Source: Lingula anatina
Taxonomy: Eukaryota; Animalia; Brachiopoda
Assembly: GCA_051362555.1 (NCBI GenBank)
Contig: CM120643.1
Coordinates: 7,998,001-8,062,000 of the forward strand
Reading direction: 5' to 3'
DNA length: 64,000 bases
Below the pieces are notes generated by a model. That model was not told where the DNA came from and ran no database searches. It saw only the letters and a list, made by a program, of their open reading frames with translations. This document shows positions 1 to 12,829 of this stretch, piece after piece. A program made the position numbers and the translations under genes. Each line of letters opens with the position of its first letter. Position 1 is the first letter of the stretch.

Positions 1-3000
1 CTCATTAATGCCATCTTCATAAATAAGCCTTCTATTCAAGCATTCACAAACTTTCACATTGTGCAGTACACATTATAGTATGATAACATTTTTGAGAGAG
101 ACTTATTAATAGCCAGGCTATCATGTTAAGAGTCTGATGTACATGCAGACCCATGAGGATTGCAGATCAACAAATTATCCCCCTCTCTGTCAGTGTATTG
201 ACTCACGTGAGCTGTCTCCATGCAAAGGGATGTGTCATAAGAAAGGACCAACCCAACTTACACAAACATAAATTGTTTCATCAGTAAGATATTCACACAT
301 ACTTTTCCAAGATGTGCAGGGAATAAATAGAAAGGTATAAATATTTCTTTAAAAAATACAGGCATAGCTTCCCTGCATGAATTCTAAATAATGGCTGAGT
401 GGAGAATTGAATACAGGCACAAGTGTTCACTCAAACCATTTTTGTAGATCTTAAAAGAAATGACATGCAGTCATTTGCCAAATACAGAATTTTATGCTGT
501 AACAAAGTCACAAAACTGCAACTGGTGATCTTACAAAATCTAACAACACACTGGTTTAAAATCAAGTTGAAATCACAATATGCCACCAGTACCATATTCC
601 ATAATACATTTGATGTCATTTAGATTTAAGAAGTAAATGCTGGACCAAAATGGTTTATTCTCAATATCAGGCATATGACTTAGGTTTGGGAGGAAAGACC
701 ACCTTGATTTCCAATCTGTCTGCATTATAGCATACATGTAAGTGCTAGATGGTTTGAAGTCAGCAGATTATGCTTTGTCACATTGGCAAGATGAGTTCAC
801 TGAATATATCCTGTAAGCAGCACTCGAAAGTCAGGAAAAGTCTCTCACTATCCAACTCGTCCCCGCTTTGGACCCTCAAGAAAAGTTCATCTTTTTTTGG
901 TGGAGAGCCATGGAGTTCCTCTTCCATGTAAAAAAACTCTTCTTCAGGACATCATACTGGCAGTTGCTCATAACCTTTAGGTCTAAAAAAGCAAATCAAA
1001 ATAATAATAATAATAATTTATTAAGATTGCAACCCAGTGGGTTGAAGTTGTACATAGTGTTAAGAAAATTATAATGAAAATAAAGTGAATATTTGCTTGA
1101 ATAAAACTGAGTTAAAAGACTGCTAATTGAACTTTAAAATTATTGTTCTTAGGATAAAAGACAACATAATACTATTGGAAATTTAAAAGTGCATACGGAA
1201 TAAAAAAGCATCAGAATCTGTCGGTCTTAAATTGTGGCACTTTGTTACTATTGTTTGATCTTAAAAGACGATTGGATTGATCAATAAAGATGTGATTCAG
1301 TTTGTCAGAGGATTCAGTTATTTTGTAAAAGAAAGTTTTGCACAGATCTCTTCGTTTATCTAAAGTACACATATGCCAGGTTCAGGGTTTCATCATAGTA
1401 TAGGTCAGGGAAAATAATCTTCAAAGCACGAGTTTGGTCAGTCTCTTAGAGTTTGCATTGCTCTATAGTTAGTCCTGGATGCCACACAGGGCAGGCATAT
1501 TCTAGAATTGAGTGCACAATACTTTGGTAAAGCTTAGCTCGTTTCAGTTGACGGAGGAAATAGAGTCTTGCATTATGTTTACATTATGTGTCGCCAATTT
1601 GGAAAAAAAATTGATAAAAGAGAAATCATGCACCTATATGCCTAATATATGAGGAATGAATATCAGCTTATTAAAATTCTGCTTACTCTAAAGACATGTT
1701 TTAGTCCCATGTTGGATCATCAGGATCCTTTAATTCCCTCTTCTTCAGCATCTTCCTCCTCTTCCATCTGCACTTCTTCCAGTTCAGGCATACCATAGGA
1801 AAAAGTTACCTTGATACTGCAACCAAAAAAAAAAAAAGCAACAGTACATAAAATAAGATAATCGAGTTTGAGAAAAATTACGAAAAAACATAACTGAAAT
1901 AAGTATAAAACTCAACTGAAATAAGTATAAATGCCATTTTTCTCAATATGATCACCTTAAATTATCTAGACTGTCATCTTCAACTGTACTAGTATTAACT
2001 ACAACTTAATTTTGAAGTTTCTTGATCACTTCATATTGGTTTAATCTCCGAAATACTGGTTGGAAGTTAAAATTGTATGATCTAAATTATTACTCTGGAC
2101 TATTTAATACATTAGAGAGATGTACCAAACATAAACATGCAATATCCCCTTTATGATTTATTTATTTTTAATGTAAAAAGGAGACAAATTGTCTTTAAAA
2201 TATAAAATCAATATACTACTATTTATTTTCACTTATAGTTGACATGCCATTTAACATTGGGTTAAACTTAGATACAATAACAGCTTCTGCACATTCATTT
2301 TGGGATTTAGATGCCTAAAGAAATAGCATCTTTGTCATATGTCTTAATTACTGTGGTATGCCTAGATGTTAGAGGCACAAGAAATGTGCCCTCGGTAAGT
2401 CAAAAATTCGCCCTGGTCATTGTAATGTATATGTAATGTATATGTAATGAGACTAGTATCTCCCACCATGTCCGTTTTTATTTAAACTTTCTTTGCTCTA
2501 TAAACTAACCCAAACCCTGTCAGAGTCGACATATGAGCAACACTTGCAATTTCTGTCATCGATACCACTCATATTAGTTACAATTTCATGGCATATTTTG
2601 ACAGACGAGCCTGACAATCGTTAAGAAATACAACGAACACACGTAAATAAACATAAATCTCTGTGCTTAATAAATATTTTCACTGGTGTCTTATCTCAAA
2701 GATTATTGTAAATGGTACTCACAAATCCAGTAAATTCTTCGCGGCCAGGCCATTCTTCGTATCCATGGCCACCCAAGCAGGTTTTCATCTGCCTTCTTCC
2801 TCGCCGGTGTTTATTGTTTGCCTGTCGTACATTTGCTGATACACTGTTTTACGCATGTTTTTTGTAAAGGCCGTTTCTTTTTTCTTTTTGTTATCTGTCT
2901 TCGCTTCTTCGAAGGACTCCCAGCATAACTGAGCCTCCTGTTTCACGTTGTCCTTTCCCGGCAGCTTGAACTGGTTTTAACTAGGTCGCAATACGAGAAT

Positions 3001-3233
3001 CTCGCGAGATCCGGAAGTCTAGAGAGCTCAATTATGAAAATGGAGGTGGTTGTTGGTAAACCTCCGCTTAAGCGGAGGTTTTCTTTTTATTGTATTTTCC
3101 AAAAATGTTACAGAGTGATGGCGAGTGCCGGGAATGATAGATTAAAGGTTGGTAAATCGCGGAAAAGTAGTGTTAACCTCGGGATAAATCAGGATAAATC
3201 AATTTTGGCGCGAAAATCCTCTTTTGTGTCCTT
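1..3233 (-). mobile_element. Degenerate Kolobok-like DNA transposon; one terminus at about 3233, the other lies left of the window
   Basis: The minus-strand end reads TTAA|AAGGACAC (TTAA at 3234-3237), a Kolobok-type terminus. Interrupted exon-like pieces (2723-2766, about 1687-1816, from 982 leftwards) give ...AAKNLLD, an acidic EEEEDAEEE/KDPDDPTW linker and SERLFLTFECCLQDIF, resembling Kolobok-type transposases from recall. Many stops and frameshifts. Confidence 0.5.
2999..3018. promoter_or_regulatory. TCTCGCGAGA palindrome directly followed by an ETS site (CCGGAAGT); likely the promoter of the transposase relic
   Basis: ATCTCGCGAGAT at 2999-3010 and CCGGAAGT at 3011-3018, in a CpG-rich patch about 240 bp upstream of ATG 2766. 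Confidence 0.45.
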
Positions 3234-4160
3234 TTAATATATTGTCTGTAATTTACTGTATATGAGTACATCATATCACCTGTCAATAAGAGCTATGATG
3301 ATGTTCTTGACATTGACATCAGGGTGAAGGTCAGCGCAGGCCTTTAAGAACCCGGTCAGCGTTTGGAGGTGGAACTCGTCTGGAAATACCTGTAAGGAAT
3401 TAAGACACCACCTTCAACTGATTGCTATTATTAATAATAAGAAAAACAATAGTGATAGTCGCCATAAAACTTGGAGTGTTAAAAGCCTCATACATATAAC
3501 ATACAAAACCTACATATTACATAAAAAACATTATTAAGTCCATTGCATAAAGAAAGACTACTGCAATTATGATTATAGTTTGTTCAAACAACTTCTGAGT
3601 AGCCTCCTTTATGACATACATGTATAGTCAAGACATATCAAAATGGTACAAATACACACTAAAAGCACTCTGAAAATCATTTAAGAGAAAAAACTACTCA
3701 TATTTGTCATATCTGGGTGAAAACTACCTGTATAATACACTCCATCAAGTATTCCTGTGCTATGGGATCTCTACAGCTAACTGTCTGCTCCAACACACCA
3801 GTCAGGATATGCTGGAAATAAATGAAATATATACACTAAAGGTAACAAGTATTGAACCAAAATATACTATACAGGCCTTATAAACTGATTAGGCATTTAT
3901 TAACACTACCCGTGGATCTTTTAGCACTTTTTAAGCAGCAAAATTTATAAAAAGTGAAACAAAACAAAACAGTCACAAACCCTTTTATACATCTCCATGT
4001 CAACGCACTCTAACTGGCTGAGGCGAACCAGGTTAGTACCAACAAGGATACGCAGCTCGCGTCTCTCCTGCTCCCGCTTGTCTTTGTCGCGCGTATGTCC
4101 CTGGTGCTGCATGCGCACCCACAGTTTGTTCATTTCAGCAAAGTTCAGGTGGATGAAATC
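3234..4160 (-). pseudogene. VPS35: Partial duplicate of VPS35 (3' part of exon 6, exon 7, exon 8 and introns)
   Basis: 3981-4160 matches 41670-41849, 3728-3811 matches 40931-41014 and 3280-3389 matches 40334-40443. Splice sites are retained, introns are diverged, and homology stops abruptly at 4160. Confidence 0.93.
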
Positions 4161-4977
4161 GTTGCATTGACTTTATCTGTTGTTTATAAGTTATTAAGGC
4201 ATCCTTTCGGAAAGCTACTGCCGCAGAGCATTTACTAAAACAGACCTCACAAAGTTTCAAACCATCTATCAGTGAGACATCCTGAATTTTCACTCCTAAA
4301 AATCACAAAAATTTTACAGTGTTTTACGTAACACAGAGCACACAATAAATAATACATCATTATATGTGGTCAGGCATAACTAATCCCCAGTTGTTCATTT
4401 TTATATTATATAACATTATTATATATAACAACTTTTTTTTTTGGGGGGGGGAGAAATAAAAATTTAATGCATGTCTTTTTTAAAAGGGTAGGGTAGGACA
4501 CTTCTTAAAAGTCAAAGTCGAGTTTGGACTTACAAACATATATGTATCTCAAACTGGCTGAAGCCATAAATAAGTCACATACATTTTATTGATTTGGTTC
4601 TGATTTTTCTTTCGAGAATTTTATAATTGTTTTTCATGTAAACATGCACACACTGCAGATTTACATTGACTTTTAGCAACTGTCTAGTGTCATTGCCAAT
4701 TGTACTGTATAAGTCAATATCAAGAAAATTACCTAAAAAATCCTCAACTACATCTCGATAATGTTCATCTATAGTCTTCTTTTGGGTGAAAGACTGCAAC
4801 CTCCTGGTTGATGAGGCACAGAGTAAAGGAACTCAATGGGATGAGTTTTTGTGGAGTTTCTGATTCCATCATGTGCGCTTCACGTTTGATTATCACATGA
4901 GCAAAAACTAATAGTGTAGCACTGACCATCTCCAAGATAAACATGACAGGAGTTTCCAAAATGAAAGCCACATCATC
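4161..4977 (-). pseudogene. Degenerate exon-like fragments, possibly a KDZ (Kyakuja-Dileera-Zisupton) transposase relic
   Basis: AG/GT-bounded segments at about 4732-4977 and 4161-4281. Frames give CYTISFCSCD, HQPGGCSLSPKRR and G-C-L-T-D..E-T-L-*, loosely like the KDZ H..CQ..SPR / GLTDGE..ERLW motifs. Heavily disrupted. Confidence 0.3.
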
Positions 4978-5468
4978 CTGAAAAAGATTTTTTTAACAGT
5001 TACACTTTTATTTAGGGAAAATAGACAAAATATTTCAGGCTCAGAAATAAACAGTATTTTCAAAATTTTCTTTTCTACTCTAACATAATAATTGATACAT
5101 ACAATCGTATCAATATAGGGTGTCTCAAAAAACCATACCTGTTCAAAAGGTTAAATACTAGATACTAATATCTGTGTTTACCGAAAAAAAAAACAAAAAA
5201 AAAAAAACTGATAATAATTCTGAGTTTCACTAGAGTAAACTTTAGGGAGAGATGGAACACATTTAGTATTAATTACATTTAACTAAAATATGCTAAAATA
5301 CAATGAATAATCTTTTTCTCCCAAATGAATTGTAATTCAACAATGTATGCTTTTTAAAAGAAGATACAAATAAATATTGTAGACAATTTACAATAATAAC
5401 TGTTTGAGAGCATGAATGTGCAGTATGGCACAGGAATGCAGTTACTGGTAGGTATTACTTTGCAATAA

Positions 5469-5531
5469 GGAGAGCTTGTGAATCGAACCCAAGACCTTCC
5501 ACACAAGGTGAACGCTCTACCACTGAGTTTG
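5469..5531 (-). mobile_element. tRNA-derived SINE head (Pol III A and B boxes)
   Basis: Minus strand reads AACTCAGTGGTAGAGCG...GGGTTCGATTC, with no intact cloverleaf. Confidence 0.6.
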
Positions 5532-5934
5532 CTCTCCTGTCCCATTTCACTACCACTTAACCTGACCAATGTCCACTGCCTCAAAACAATGTTCCACTAA
5601 AATCAAGCTACTAGTAGAGGTGCTGACAAATATCAAATCAGCCCATAAGCATGATAGTGGGAGGGCTTTAAATTTATTTGCCTTCATTAGACATATTTTT
5701 TGACCAATTACCCTTTTCTTGTACATGTACGTTTTAGTATCGATAAATTAAAAAGAAATAGTGTAATTTTACTATAATATACTTCCAATTTTTTGGTCTT
5801 CCATTGTTTTGGTCTAGATTAACCCGACCCGGTGTGGTGTGTACCGCCGGGAGCGTGAACCATCCGTTCTGCTCATGCGCACTAAACGCAGGCAAATCTG
5901 AAGGACTTCCGACGTGTACAGTCCGTCTCTATAT

Positions 5935-7247
5935 GGGCATTTTTACAATCCTGGGCTCCTTTTTTTCCCACCAAGGGTCAAAAATAGAAGTCATTTTTGT
6001 GTTGAAATGTGTACTTTTCTTGAAAGTATAGACCTGAAGGGTATAAGAAATGACAATCCCGAGATAAAACCTTGTGTATGTATAAAGATATGATCATTTG
6101 AATTTTGAAAATCATTTTTTTAATTTTCATAAGCTAAACCTTGAAGTGTGTGACTTTTATGGTAATTTAAGGTATTGATCTCCAAAAAACCACTTAGTTT
6201 TACTCAGGGAGTATTGCTCTTTTATGTATTTGCAAAAAAAATGGATGAAATATCCAAAATTTGACGAATCAATGACATTTTGTAATTTTCCTGTTTCAGT
6301 ATTAAATGTGACTCCATGAAGTTTTTGATTCTGAGATATTCTGAGGACTTCTGTACTTCACTTTACCTTGCATTAGTTCTTTATGTTATGCTTCATGATT
6401 GTGTAAAATATTATTTTGCATGGACATGTGTGCTAATTGCAGTGTCATGTTAAAATAAATGTCCTTTCCGAAACATCCCTGTTTCGGAAAGGACATTTTT
6501 TTAACATTTATGATATTGTTTTAATATATTGTAGTATTTGAGTTTTTACAAGTTTTAGGTGAAGTCTATGAATAACTGGGCAAAATAGGTGGAAGCTGAA
6601 CTAAAATTGAAGTCTTTTTATTACATTTTGTGCTTGTTTTGTCTATTTTGTACTAGTAATTCATTACTGGAATTTTATTTTATTAAATATTGATTCTGAG
6701 ATATATTCCAGGTATTCTTTACGCCATTATACCTTATTTTAGTTTCTTTTGTTACAGTGCATAGCTGTATAAAATATTATTTGACAATGTCAGATTTACC
6801 AACAGTAAAGACATGTTTAAAAATATGTCCTTTTAGACATGTCCTTGTTTCGGAATGGACATTTGTTTAACATTTATGAAATTGCCTTAAGATCTCATAG
6901 TATGTTGGTTTACAAGGTACAGCAAGGTGAAGCAATCATTAGACAAAATATGAGTAAACTAGATTAAAACTGAATTGTTTTTATTACATTAATTGGTCAT
7001 TTTGGATAGTTTTTGATTCTTTTTTGAAATGTTACTCCCTTAGTATTTGATCATGATATAAAATAGAGTCTTCTACACTCCATTATACCTTATTCTACTT
7101 CCTTTTGTTACAGCTCATAGCTGTATAAAATATTATTTGACAAGGTCAGGTTTAAATTTAGTAATTACATTTTTAAATATGTCCTTTTAGGCATGTCCTG
7201 TGTTTCGGAATGGACATTTATTTAACATTAACGAAATTGCTTAAATG

Positions 7248-7313
<66 letters not shown>

Positions 7314-8733
7314 TGATGTATGTATATATTATAGATAATCACAGGAAGTTAATTATAACCCTGTGTCTGCCTGCAAGCGCCTCTGTAAACCGTGCCAGTG
7401 AACTGACTCTTGCATCTTTAACACGTGTAGCCTCATAACTATTTTCGAATACTTTTTTGTACATCATAAGTAAGCAGTACTTAAAGTAAGGAAAGCTATA
7501 TTATTCAAAATGATATTCTACATAAATTTGATGTGCTTCCCATCATCCTCTTCCTCATGAATAATAAATAGATGAGCAGACCAAAGAGTAAACAAGTGTT
7601 TTAGACAATGTGTTAAAAAATGTCCTTTCCGATACAAAGCATCCAAATTGCCTATATTTCTATTTATACTGATATAATCTCTTCAATTAATTGTTAATTT
7701 AACTTTGAATACATGAACTTTGGGAAAATATGCAATGGAAGTTCTAGTAGATCCAAAGAAAAGATCCTGACTCGCAAAAATGAATTTTTTTGTTGAGGAT
7801 ATATATAGAAATTTAAAAAGATGCCATTGAAGAAATGTTTTTCTATTATTTTCATGTCATATGCATGATGCTCTAACAGTAATTTGCTAATGTCAAGTGA
7901 AACATACAGCATTAAAGACAGAATTCTCTCTATTTATAACATTGGCAATGTAAAGGTACTTTGTTTCGGAATGGACAATTTTTAACAAGCATCTCAAAAA
8001 AGACCACAGTTAAATGGGTTTTTGTGCACTGGGGTTTTCTTATATAAAAATAAATATCACATGTCCTGGGCTTTAGAGAAATATATATTGTTACTGGCTA
8101 GGTGTCAACATGTTCTTTTTATGTAAGAAAAACCCAATGTTTCGGAATGGACAAATTTAACGGAAAAACACGGTAGGGTTATTTTGCACTCCATGTCAAG
8201 CTCCAGAATCATCGCGCAGATTTCATTATTTGATACAAACAATACCAATACATCCAAATAATGATTAGGATGGTAAATTATACTGTATGTTTTATGATAT
8301 ATTTTCTGAAAGTCATTTATTTTTGTTTCGGAATGGACATTTCGTTTAACGGAAATACCAGCATGCCATTAAAAGGCTTTTTTTACTAGGATACACCTCT
8401 CTCCTGTTAATATTTAAACTTTTTTGCTTCCACCATACTACTGAGTGTTTTATAATCCAAAAAAATGCAATGTCAAACACTGTTTTAATTTATTTCAGAT
8501 TGCTTTTTATTTCATATGACTAAAACGGGAAAAATTTTTGGTCATTTTTCGGGCTTTGCTTTAGCATATCTTTGGACTCGGTGGTGATATTTGGTTTCTA
8601 TTTTCAGTGTTTATCTTCACTTACACCATTCTCTAACATAGTGATAAAAGAATTCTTTGATCGTATGTATGTAATTTGTTAATTAGCAATATGTGGGAAA
8701 ATCTGAAAAGTGCCCAGGATTGTAAAAATGCCC
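5935..8733. mobile_element. Non-autonomous DNA transposon (about 2.8 kb) with GGGCATTTTTACAATCCTGGGC TIRs
   Basis: Perfect 22-bp TIR flanked by ATAT on both sides (Sola1- or ISL2EU-like; the exact TSD is ambiguous). No ORF. Internal units of about 360 bp and a recurrent GTTTCGGAAWGGACA motif. Confidence 0.8.
7253..7311. repeat. (TA)n microsatellite
   Basis: Direct reading. Confidence 0.95.
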
Positions 8734-11104
8734 ATATAGAGTCGTCAATACATTCTTAGTCTTTAATAAACACGCGCTGTTGAGAACATACTGCAAATTC
8801 AAACATAATCTTTAGAAGTATTCATATCTTAAAGATGTTCACCTCTACTGCTATTTCTCTCAGGTGGCCATATCAACACACTAGCCTAGTAAAATCAATA
8901 CTAAAATAGTAGCCAGCAGCTGAATAACGACGGCCCGTCCACGGTAGGTTCATCCATGCGTCGAACTGTTATTTGAAGCTGATTCTCTATCAAAATTATC
9001 AATTAACACATGAATTTTATCCCCATCATAGTAAATGTATAATGAGGTGGAAAATGAACTACTCGAATATAACAGTTGAATAACAATATAACAGGTGAAT
9101 AACAACGGATCATTCACGGAACGGCTAATACACGTTGCTGCTGCGTGTACAATCGGTCAGGACGGATGGTTCACGCAGAACGGACCGTACACGTGACACC
9201 GGAATAACAACTGAGATAGGGCACTATATAGCACGAAAATTCATGCGTTCGCACTCCTACTGACGATTCTGATATGTACTGGCTGTGCTAACGCATGAAA
9301 GCAAAGGCCTCAAAAAGTTAGAAATGAAAACCAGCTGCCTCAAATTCAAATTTTTATGTTACATCTCATCTCCTCAACACGCACATTACTGTGAAGCCAA
9401 CCAGCTTTCCCATCAACAGAGGTTTCACTTTCCTTAAATTCGTCTGTCTACCTACCAGTTTGACCGTCGTCATCTTGCTATCTGGGGAGCTTGCGGAATC
9501 GGCCGAGAATTGCCGATTGACAATCAACCTGGATGCCACCTGATGCCATCACGTCCAAGGAGTGCAAGGTTATTGTCGAGTGCGGAGAAATCCGAGTAGT
9601 TCCGATTGCCTATCTCTATCTCCTCTAACACAATTGGGACAATGAACCTCTCTCTATCTCCTCTAGCACAATGGGAACAGTCTGCGCTTGTATTTTCATT
9701 TCTATTACTATATGGACAGACATTGTGTCCGTGATTGCCAAGCATTTTCCTTGTATTTGTATTCGCAAACTCAATTAAAGGAAATTCGAAAACAGTGTAA
9801 CTCAATATTTTCAAATAATTGTATAAAGGACTCATACAACTGAAATAATGTGCGAGTTCAGAATCCAACCTGATTTGACTTTTTTTGCAAATTGAGATTT
9901 TCCAGGTGTGGATCTGAGTTATGTTTCAAACTCACTGCTTCTCTCAGTTTTGACATTTATACTTATATATGACTGTCCGTTTGACAGCGTTGTTGATTTT
10001 TTCTCAAATATTGTTGAAATGCTTATTTGCTTTTTGGTGTCTACATATTTGGGGAAAAAAGGCATAATAGGTTGGGAATGTTATCATGATGATATTTTAT
10101 GCATGCTTTGGATTAAGTTAGGGTACATGTACGTTCGGCAATGGACAGAAATCAAGAGTGTATGGTTTTTATCAACTTAACTAATATCCAAAGGATCGAG
10201 GCTGGGAAGACCTGGGATTTCATGTTATTTTTTATCTTATTCTAGTTTAAAACTGGAAGATACTTCGGAATATATAAAATCTGGAAATTCGGCGGCTGTT
10301 TGGGCGTGGTGGCCGAATAGAATAAAAAGGGGAGCGGGTTGATACCTCAACATACATTTCTGAGCATCAGAGGTTACAACACGTATCAATGATCTTTTAG
10401 CAGACGTTACTATCATCTTTGTATACTGTATAGAAAGTCACCGCTAGAATAAAACAATTTCAAAGTTGAGTTTGCGTTACTCATTAAACAACCATATCAC
10501 CGAGAAGAAGAAAAACACGGTGATAGATAATATTGAATAACTTTTCCCTTACTGACAGTTTACTGGAATTAAATGGTACATTAATTCTATGAAAAATACC
10601 GGTAACTGTGACAATTGAGAGACATTCTAGTCTGACTGGTAGATATATGACCTAAATTTAACGTATTTAGCATTAGCAGTGATGATAAAAGTGTTGTTTT
10701 TTCTTTTACTTCTTGTATTTATAACTTTTGAAAAAAAAAAAAGACTTAAAATATTGTATACCCATTTATATCAACGCTACCAAAATTCACCATTTTGCTT
10801 ATAATTTTAAAATTTTTCCCAACCCCCACCCACAAAAACGAGGGGGGGGGGGGGGGCGCGGATGCAAAGCCGACCCCCGTTGGCGTTGGAAAATTTTGGG
10901 TGTTTTCTGAGGGCAACCGTGTCCATTTTTCCAAATTTTTTATTTCAAGAGGGGAACATTGGCGTGATTTTTTTCAGAAATCGAAGGGGGGAGGGGGTCA
11001 GGACCCCCTGATCCCCCCCTTCTAAAGCTGCCACTGGATTATCACACCTGTCAGCATTGATAACTGCCAGAAAGGGAACACCCTACGCCTCCCACCCCGA
11101 CTCC

Positions 11105-11160
<56 letters not shown>
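11105..11160. repeat. Compound (CT)n(CA)n microsatellite
   Basis: Direct reading. Confidence 0.95.
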
Positions 11161-11161
<1 letters not shown>

Positions 11162-12829
11162 GCACGCACACATAGACACACTAAATTAATAAATAGGTAA
11201 GTATATAAAAAAAACAATACTCCGTTTCTTTTATTTTCGAAATTCTTTTCTTCAGTGTTTAGAAAAGAAACACCTAGTTTTTTTTTTAAGTTCTGTATTA
11301 ACAGTTTGCTTTGTCTTCTGCATAAAATTATAAATAACACCAAAGCATTTTTAGATTTATTAATGCCACGAAAATGTTGTCGCCTTTTTTTCTTTATGAG
11401 ACTATTCAGACTAAATATGTTCTCCTCGCACGATCGATTTCGTTAGCTCATCCACTAAAATGTACATAATCTGATTTGAGTTTTACTACATCTAGAACAC
11501 AAGTCCTAGCGAATATTTTTCACAGAGTTTGCTCTCGAAACTGTAGCACAAGCCTTAAATATTTCTCTTCTCATGGTTAATTAAGTATATAATAGAATTC
11601 ACATAGTAATAAAACAGATATTTGAAAATTAAAACATGATACAGAACATAAAGCGTTATTTAAAGCCTCAATACGCGGTTTAACCGCACATTATAGAAAT
11701 CACATTTTCATTCAAATATATATCAATAAGATTAATATGAAATAGTTTCTTTCGTGGTCCCCTACGATAAAATAAATTATTTTCGGTCAAATATGTTCCG
11801 TGCAATAATCTTTCCAATTCTCATGAGGAAAAAAAATCACAGTGACAGTTTTGAAGGTTTACAACCACTGAAACATAACTAATTGGAATATATAGTATAT
11901 AAGTTAGTTGCCAATTAAACAAGGAGGGTGGTATTACTAAACATCAAATTCAGAGACAAAGCCTTAAAAACACTAAATACCACATGACCATCTTCAAATG
12001 CTTAAAAAATTACCTTTTCATAATTATCTGCTTAGGATAGAAAAAGGCGTGCAACCACTCCTCCTTTAATCCCCGAGAAAATGATAAACCTCAAAACGTA
12101 CATCAAAATGGATAAAATGAACAGGGAAGGGGAGGGGGAGGGGGGCGATCTGCTTGACATTTATAACAGGGTCATGGCTACTATACCACCTAGCGGTCAG
12201 TGAGTAATAACATCTACTCATATCAGTCTGAAGCTAGAAAGCCTACATGTACCTCCAGGTTGGTCACAAGCTAACGGTAGGACTATTTAAAACTTGTGCT
12301 AAATAATCATCATCAAAATATCAATCTTGTCAGACTAATGAACATTTTAGCTCAATAATAAGACAAAAAATTTTTAAGATCCTAATTTTCTTGGTGTAAG
12401 TTTTTATGCAGTATACTTGAGCGACCAATTCCTTCCATATATAATATATGAACATCTCAATCTGTCTAAAACGCTGGTTTTTAAGCAGGTCAATGGCCAC
12501 TTGACTATATGAAGATCGAAGAATAAACAATTTGTTGCGATTAATTTTATATCCGTCGTTGCGACTCTCTGGGCAGAACAGACGCTATAGAGTGGCGCCT
12601 ATGCTGAAAATCTGTACTTGAGATTCCTGAAGACGGCAACGCATTCAAGTCCAGGAATCTCTTTGTCTCCTGTAACTCCTATAGAGCTAGACTATATGTC
12701 TTGCGAATCTGACATACATCGTTTTCAACTGACACATTTTTATGAGTTTTGAGCTTCGATTTGCAAATTGAATAGCCTATTTACCAAAGGTCATTTTGAC
12801 AGGCGCATATCAAGTAAGCGCCGTCTCCC

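Larger units (their letters stand above)
5829..9202. mobile_element. Older TIR element hosting the 5935-8733 insertion
   Basis: Imperfect inverted ends: CCGGTGTGGTGTGTAC..GCGTGAACCATCCGTTCTG (from 5829) versus the reverse complement of about 9155-9202, CCGGTGTCACGTGTAC..GCGTGAACCATCCGTCCTG. Confidence 0.5.

Noticed and set aside
5469-5531. Possible tRNA gene
   Set aside because: A and B boxes are present, but there is no pairing acceptor stem or proper anticodon arm; it is better explained as a SINE head.
9524-9868. 114-aa ORF
   Set aside because: No family motif; it includes a short tandem duplication (about 9612-9680) and is likely spurious.
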